Source: an uncultured Candidatus Saccharibacteria bacterium
GTDB lineage: Bacteria; Patescibacteriota; Minisyncoccia; Phycocordibacterales; UBA918
Assembly (NCBI GenBank): GCA_964552045.1
Contig: CAZKFF010000007.1
Span: 3,949 to 67,948, forward strand
DNA length: 64,000 bases
Direction: 5' to 3'
Within the stretch, counting starts at the first letter, position 1, and each line of letters begins with the position of its first letter. The position numbers were made by a program, and so were the translations under genes. Under the pieces are notes generated by a model. It was given only the letters and a program-made list of their open reading frames with translations, did no database searches and had not been told where the DNA came from. Below are positions 59,593 through 64,000 of this stretch, in pieces.

Positions 59593-61863
59593 ATGGCCAT
59601 ATTAAGCAATCACATGAAGATCAAAACCTGGGTAAAGCGGCACTATAAGGACATTGCCATTGATGCAGCCATTGGATTTTTTGTTGTGGGTCTGATCGCC
59701 GCCGGCGGACTGTTTATCTGGGTCTCGACACTCGAGATCCCCGACCTCTCAGCTTTTGAGCAGCGCCGTATCCAGCAGTCGACGAAGATATACGACAAGA
59801 CCGGTGAGGTGCTCCTTTACGACCTCCACCAGGATGTGAAACGGACCATTGTCCCTTTCGAAGACATCTCCTACCACATCAAAAATGCTACGGTTGCTAT
59901 TGAGGATGACCAGTTCTACAAGCACTATGGGATCGATCCGCTCGCGATCATCCGTTCAATGATCAACAACGTAAGCCGCGGCGGCGGACCGTTCGACGGC
60001 GCAGGAGGGTCAACCATCACCCAGCAGGTGATCAAGAACTCGATCCTTGAGCAGGAGAAGCGTCTGACCCGAAAGATCAAGGAGGCCATTCTTGCCATTA
60101 AGATCGAGCGCGTGCTCACCAAAGAGGAGATTCTCTCGCACTACCTCAATGAATCTCCGTACGGCGGCACCATCTACGGTGTTGAAGAAGCATCGCAGGC
60201 GTTTTTTGCAAAATCAGCGGCGGATGTAACTTTGCCGGAAGCGGCGTACCTTGCGGCTCTGCCGCAGGCGCCGACCTACCTCTCACCGTACGGAAACAAC
60301 CGCGATGCGCTTGATGCCCGGCAAAAGCTCGTGCTCGAGCGTATGCTCGTCAATAAGTTCATAACGCAGGAGGAGTATGATGCTGCAATTGCGACCGAAG
60401 TGCAGTTCCAGCCGCAGGCGGTGACCGGCATCCGCGCCCCGCATTTTGTCATGTACATCCGTGAGCTTCTTGTTGAGAAGTACGGCGAGGAAGCGCTTTC
60501 AGAAAAGGGACTGCGTGTGATCACCTCGCTCGACTGGGAACTTCAACAGGAGGCCGAACGTATCGTCGCTGAAAAAGCGAAGCATAATGAAGAGACATTC
60601 AATGCCTCCAACGCTGGTATGGTCGCGCTCGATCCGCAGACAGGCGACATACTCGTCATGGTGGGCTCACGCAATTATTTCGACGAAGAGATCGACGGCA
60701 ATTTCAATACCACGCTTGCGCCACGGCAGCCGGGCTCGTCGATCAAGCCGATCGTGTACGCCTCAGCCTTCAGCAAAGGATACACGCCTGATACGAAAGT
60801 ATTCGACGTGAAGACGCAATTCAGTTCAGTCTGTGAGCCATGGGACCTCAGCAGCGAGACGCCATGCTACTCGCCAAACAATTACAATCACAAGTTTGTA
60901 GGGCCGATCAGCCTGCGCAATGCGCTCGCACAGTCGTTGAACATCCCTGCGGTGAAAGTGCTCTACCTCACCGGCATCAAGGATGCGATGAAGCTCGCTT
61001 CAGACATGGGTATCTCTACACTCAATGACCCTGATCGGCTCGGACTCACCATGGTGCTCGGAGGCGGCGAGGTCAAGCTTTTGGAGCATGCCAGTGCGTA
61101 TGCCGTATTCGCCAACGAGGGCGTCAAAGCCGACCTTCGGCCGATACTCCGCATCGAAGACGCTCAGGGCACGGTCATTGAGGAAATGGACGTGGAGGAA
61201 CATCGCGTTCTCGACCGCAATGTCGCTCTCCAGATCAGCGATGTCCTCAGCGACAACAATGCACGCGCTCCGTTGTGGGGCTATAACTCAGCAGTGTATT
61301 TCCCGAACCGGGATGTTGCTATCAAATCAGGTAGTACCAACAACTCGCGTGACGCATGGCTTATGGGCTACGCGCCTAACCTTGTGGTGGGCGTATGGGC
61401 AGGAAACAACGACAACAGCCCAATGAACGGGCTTTCCGGACTTATCGCCACGCCGATGTGGCGGTCATTCATGGACATCGCGCTCCCGAAGATCGATGAG
61501 AAGAGCTTCGGCGAACCTCCTGCGACCGATCCGACCATCAAGCCGATCCTGCGCGGAGAAATATTCGATACAACGACACTCATACAGAACATACAGTCGG
61601 GCAGCACGACGCTTGACCTTGCGGGGGTCGCCTCAAGCATCCACAACATCCTGCACTATGTCGACAGGAGCGATCCGCTCGGACCATATCCTTCCAACCC
61701 GACAAATGATTCGCAGTACAATAACTGGGAATACGCGGTTCAGAAATGGAAGCAGCAGACGTACGCGCCGATCATTCCGGAACTTTCAGAAAATGCAGAC
61801 GATACCGATGACGAGAACGAAGATGAGGATACTGACCGCAGGGGAAATCGCGATGACGATTAA
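59593..61863 (+). CDS. Penicillin-binding protein 1A (bifunctional glycosyltransferase/transpeptidase) with acidic C-terminal tail
   Basis: GT51 motifs EDDQFYKHYGIDP, GGSTITQQ. Transpeptidase SSIKP, SGSTNN, KSG. N-terminal TM. Tail ENADDTDDENEDEDTDRRGNRDDD. Confidence 0.9.
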   Translation: MAILSNHMKIKTWVKRHYKDIAIDAAIGFFVVGLIAAGGLFIWVSTLEIPDLSAFEQRRIQQSTKIYDKTGEVLLYDLHQDVKRTIVPFEDISYHIKNATVAIEDDQFYKHYGIDPLAIIRSMINNVSRGGGPFDGAGGSTITQQVIKNSILEQEKRLTRKIKEAILAIKIERVLTKEEILSHYLNESPYGGTIYGVEEASQAFFAKSAADVTLPEAAYLAALPQAPTYLSPYGNNRDALDARQKLVLERMLVNKFITQEEYDAAIATEVQFQPQAVTGIRAPHFVMYIRELLVEKYGEEALSEKGLRVITSLDWELQQEAERIVAEKAKHNEETFNASNAGMVALDPQTGDILVMVGSRNYFDEEIDGNFNTTLAPRQPGSSIKPIVYASAFSKGYTPDTKVFDVKTQFSSVCEPWDLSSETPCYSPNNYNHKFVGPISLRNALAQSLNIPAVKVLYLTGIKDAMKLASDMGISTLNDPDRLGLTMVLGGGEVKLLEHASAYAVFANEGVKADLRPILRIEDAQGTVIEEMDVEEHRVLDRNVALQISDVLSDNNARAPLWGYNSAVYFPNRDVAIKSGSTNNSRDAWLMGYAPNLVVGVWAGNNDNSPMNGLSGLIATPMWRSFMDIALPKIDEKSFGEPPATDPTIKPILRGEIFDTTTLIQNIQSGSTTLDLAGVASSIHNILHYVDRSDPLGPYPSNPTNDSQYNNWEYAVQKWKQQTYAPIIPELSENADDTDDENEDEDTDRRGNRDDD

Positions 61864-62150
61864 ATAATTTCCTTAGGGGCATTCTTTTCCCCTATCCTTC
61901 CTTTCATGTGTGTGAGGATCTCACTCTTGCGTAACTTTATTTCGCTCTTAAGCGGCCCAGAAACGCTTACGGAGAGCGTTTGCGAGTAAACGGTATACTT
62001 TACTGCTTTGTGCGGCACACGCAGACCGATGACGTCCTCTACCACTTCGGTGAAGCAGTCAACGACGGTTTTCTCCGGCGCCTGCAGGGTATTTTTGTAC
62101 TTTTCAAAAAGAGCACTGATCTTCGTAATCTCGCCTCTTCCTTTGCGCAT
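61860..62150 (-). CDS. DUF721-family small protein (common dnaN-neighbour)
   Basis: 96 aa, basic. Positioned directly downstream of dnaN as in many bacteria. Confidence 0.5.
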   Translation of the reverse strand: MRKGRGEITKISALFEKYKNTLQAPEKTVVDCFTEVVEDVIGLRVPHKAVKYTVYSQTLSVSVSGPLKSEIKLRKSEILTHMKGRIGEKNAPKEII

Positions 62151-62153
62151 AGG

Positions 62154-63248
62154 CTACTTATTCATTGGCATTACCAGATAGCGGAGCGATTTATCATTCA
62201 AACCCTCGATCACGAGCGGCCGCCCAATGCCGGCAAAATGCATGAGGATACTGTCATCAACGATGTGCTGCAGCGGTTCGGAAAGGTATCGCTGATTGAA
62301 GTTAAGCTGCAGTTCGTCTCCTGTCGATTGCGCCTTTATAGATTCCGTTGTTGTGCCTACGTCTCCGCTGTTTGCCGAGACGGTGAGTGATTTATCTGTT
62401 ATATACAGACCCACCTGCTGAAACTTGTTGAGGAATATGTTCGTCTTCTTGAATGCGGAAGCAAGGTCGTTCTTCAACAACGTCGCGTGGGTGCTGTACT
62501 CCTTGGGGATGATCTGCTCATAATCAGGGAATGATCCGGATGTGAGACGCGAGGTGATGTATACCCCGTCCTCGAACTGCAGCGCGCACTGATTCTCATT
62601 TACCTTGAATTCCGGATCACTTGACCGCATATCACACACCCGTGAGAGTTCTATAGCATTCTTTTGTGGAATAAGGACCGGGTCCTGCAGGACAAATCCC
62701 TTCTGCGGGACTGTTTTTTCCATGAGCCGGAATGAGTCTGTAGCCACAAAAGTGAGCGAATGTTCTTTTTTTTGGAGTATATACACGCTTCCAAGTTCCG
62801 GCTTGATGGAAGAGACACTCGCAGCAAACGATGCGGTCTTGATACCAAGAGAAAAAAGTTCGCGCTGTACTTTTTGGCCCGTGCCGTCTATTTTTGGGAT
62901 ATGCGGAAACTCATCATGTGGAATTGTTTTGATATATGTCTCCGATCCTGTTCCTTCGATCACTAATGATCCTTCTTCAGTACGAAGCGTCACATCCTTT
63001 ACGGACATACATTGCACTGTCTGTGTGAGTGTCGACGCCGGAACAGCTATACTTCCTTCCTCTTTTACTGAAGCAGCAAGCGTCGACTCAATACCAATCT
63101 CAAGATTGGTCGCATGGAGGGAGAGGGAGTTGCCGGATGCTGAAATTAATACACACTGAAGTACTGGTAGAGTGATGTGCTTGGTACTCACTCGTGACAC
63201 AAGTTCCAACCGGTCAAGCAACTGTTCTTTTTCTATAGTGACGTGCAT
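62154..63248 (-). CDS. dnaN: DNA polymerase III beta sliding clamp
   Basis: MHVTIEKEQLLDRLELVSRV... three-domain clamp pattern, 364 aa. Upstream of the oriC-like region and dnaA. Confidence 0.9.
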   Translation of the reverse strand: MHVTIEKEQLLDRLELVSRVSTKHITLPVLQCVLISASGNSLSLHATNLEIGIESTLAASVKEEGSIAVPASTLTQTVQCMSVKDVTLRTEEGSLVIEGTGSETYIKTIPHDEFPHIPKIDGTGQKVQRELFSLGIKTASFAASVSSIKPELGSVYILQKKEHSLTFVATDSFRLMEKTVPQKGFVLQDPVLIPQKNAIELSRVCDMRSSDPEFKVNENQCALQFEDGVYITSRLTSGSFPDYEQIIPKEYSTHATLLKNDLASAFKKTNIFLNKFQQVGLYITDKSLTVSANSGDVGTTTESIKAQSTGDELQLNFNQRYLSEPLQHIVDDSILMHFAGIGRPLVIEGLNDKSLRYLVMPMNK

Positions 63249-63582
63249 ATCTTATTTTTTTATTAATTATAGTACTCCTTATTATTAGCCCTGTGGATTT
63301 GTGGAAATCTAAAATCTATGGCCTGCTTCTTAACTTTTTTAAAACAGATTGGTGTGCAGAGCTGTTGATACGGTATTGTTTTTCTTTGCATAGACCCGGG
63401 GATAACCTCATCTATTTTTCACTGCTGGGGATTACTCCCACTTATGCACATCTGTACTCATTCTTGTATACACCCTTGTTTTATTTATACACCGTGTTCA
63501 ACCTTTCCTATTGTTAGGATACCCACACGAGTATACACAGCTCTCTGTCAGTAAAAAACTGGCCCAAAGAAGGGCCAGTTTT
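63249..63582. promoter_or_regulatory. Predicted oriC / dnaN promoter region with DnaA-box-like 9-mers and AT-rich unwinding element
   Basis: AT-rich run cttatttttttattaattatag next to the dnaN start. Box-like sites TGTGGATTT and TGTGGAAAT (about 63292-63308), GGGGATAAC (about 63398), TTATGCACA (about 63442), TTATACACC (about 63484), GTATACACA (about 63531). Ends with a bidirectional hairpin aaaaaactggcccaaagaagggccagtttttt. Confidence 0.5.
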
Positions 63583-64000
63583 TTACTTGAGAAGCAGCCG
63601 TATCTGTGTGATCTCTTCTTCAAGTTCAGAATTGCTCTTGAGGTCGTTTTTGATCTTCTCACAAGAGTGTATGACTGTGGTGTGGTCCCTCCCCCCCAGT
63701 TTCTGTCCTATTGCCGGGTATGATACTTGGAAATCTTCGCGGAGGATGTACATGATGAGCTGCCGCGGCTTTACGATCTCCTTGCGTCTGGTCTTCTCGT
63801 AGATCGAGGACGGCTCAACATCAAAGTAACGGGCGATCTTATCAACAACGTCCGAAACAGCGAGCGTCTTTCGCGGACGAGTGCTGTTTTTGATGATCTG
63901 CTTGACCTCGTCAAGTGACAGTGTACGTCCCAAAAGCTGCGACTGGCACATGATGGTGTTCAAGGCACCCTCAAGTTCGCGGATATTGCCCTCGATAGTG
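63583..64000 (-). CDS. dnaA: Chromosomal replication initiator DnaA (C-terminal part; gene continues beyond window end)
   Basis: Domain IV signature IMYILREDFQVSYPAIGQKLGGRDHTTVIHSCEKI. Upstream in-frame residues to the window edge read ...NIRELEGAL (DnaA motif). No stop before position 64000. Confidence 0.9.
   Translation of the reverse strand, partial: TIEGNIRELEGALNTIMCQSQLLGRTLSLDEVKQIIKNSTRPRKTLAVSDVVDKIARYFDVEPSSIYEKTRRKEIVKPRQLIMYILREDFQVSYPAIGQKLGGRDHTTVIHSCEKIKNDLKSNSELEEEITQIRLLLK

Noticed and set aside
63293-63723. Plus-strand ORFs 63293..63517 and 63511..63723
   Set aside because: They lie in the AT-rich oriC-like spacer and antisense to the dnaA 3' end. They are Leu/Phe/Tyr-rich from AT bias with no features.

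Overview
This 64-kb bacterial chromosomal window ends at the replication origin (dnaN - oriC-like spacer - dnaA at 62.1-64.0 kb). GC content is moderate to high with three compositional outliers: AT-rich at 31.8-33.3 kb and 42.2-45.4 kb, and very GC-rich at 38.4-39.2 kb.

Housekeeping genes:
- Ribosomal proteins rplS and rpsT.
- Pyrimidine biosynthesis genes pyrC and pyrD.
- Recombination genes ruvA, ruvB, ruvC and ruvX.
- Replication genes polA, holA and dnaN, plus dnaA (partial at the 3' window edge).
- Translation and tRNA-related genes tyrS, tsaE and a TrmH-like methyltransferase.
- Cell-wall genes: PBP1A, mltG and a MurE-like ligase.
- Type IV pilus genes pilM/N/O plus pilB.
- Six tRNAs: Leu-GAG, Val-TAC, Arg-TCT, Ser-TGA, Arg-GCG and Lys-TTT.

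The most unusual content is an accessory region at about 10.7-29.3 kb.
- A four-gene copper locus: a multicopper oxidase with a Met-rich insert, a blue-copper cupredoxin, and two His-rich exported proteins.
- An operon-like, co-directional array of 11 exported proteins at 16.8-29.3 kb, built from two recurring modules I cannot assign to a characterised family:
  - a Cys-less cupredoxin-like domain with an HPxH...YHDH signature;
  - a Cys/His-rich repeat domain with a C-x-H-G-x-G-H signature.
- The same array also encodes a roughly 890-aa secreted protein made of SYYSQG-type Tyr-rich low-complexity repeats, and a TolB-like beta-propeller.
- Two further paralogs of this family lie at 15.2-16.7 kb and 46.4-47.8 kb.

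Other notable items:
- A fused restriction-modification-specificity enzyme (Type IIG/IIB-like).
- An HTH-Panacea (DUF4065) antitoxin-like gene coupled to a DUF1697 gene.
- A DUF2726 nuclease-like protein.
- A DnaA-like protein lacking the AAA+ domain.
- Partial tRNA-end duplications flanking three tRNA genes.
- A GT2/GT-C glycosyltransferase pair.
- An inverted-repeat-flanked structured element at 55.1 kb.

Manually derived coordinates (tRNAs, terminators, refined starts) may be off by 1-2 nt.
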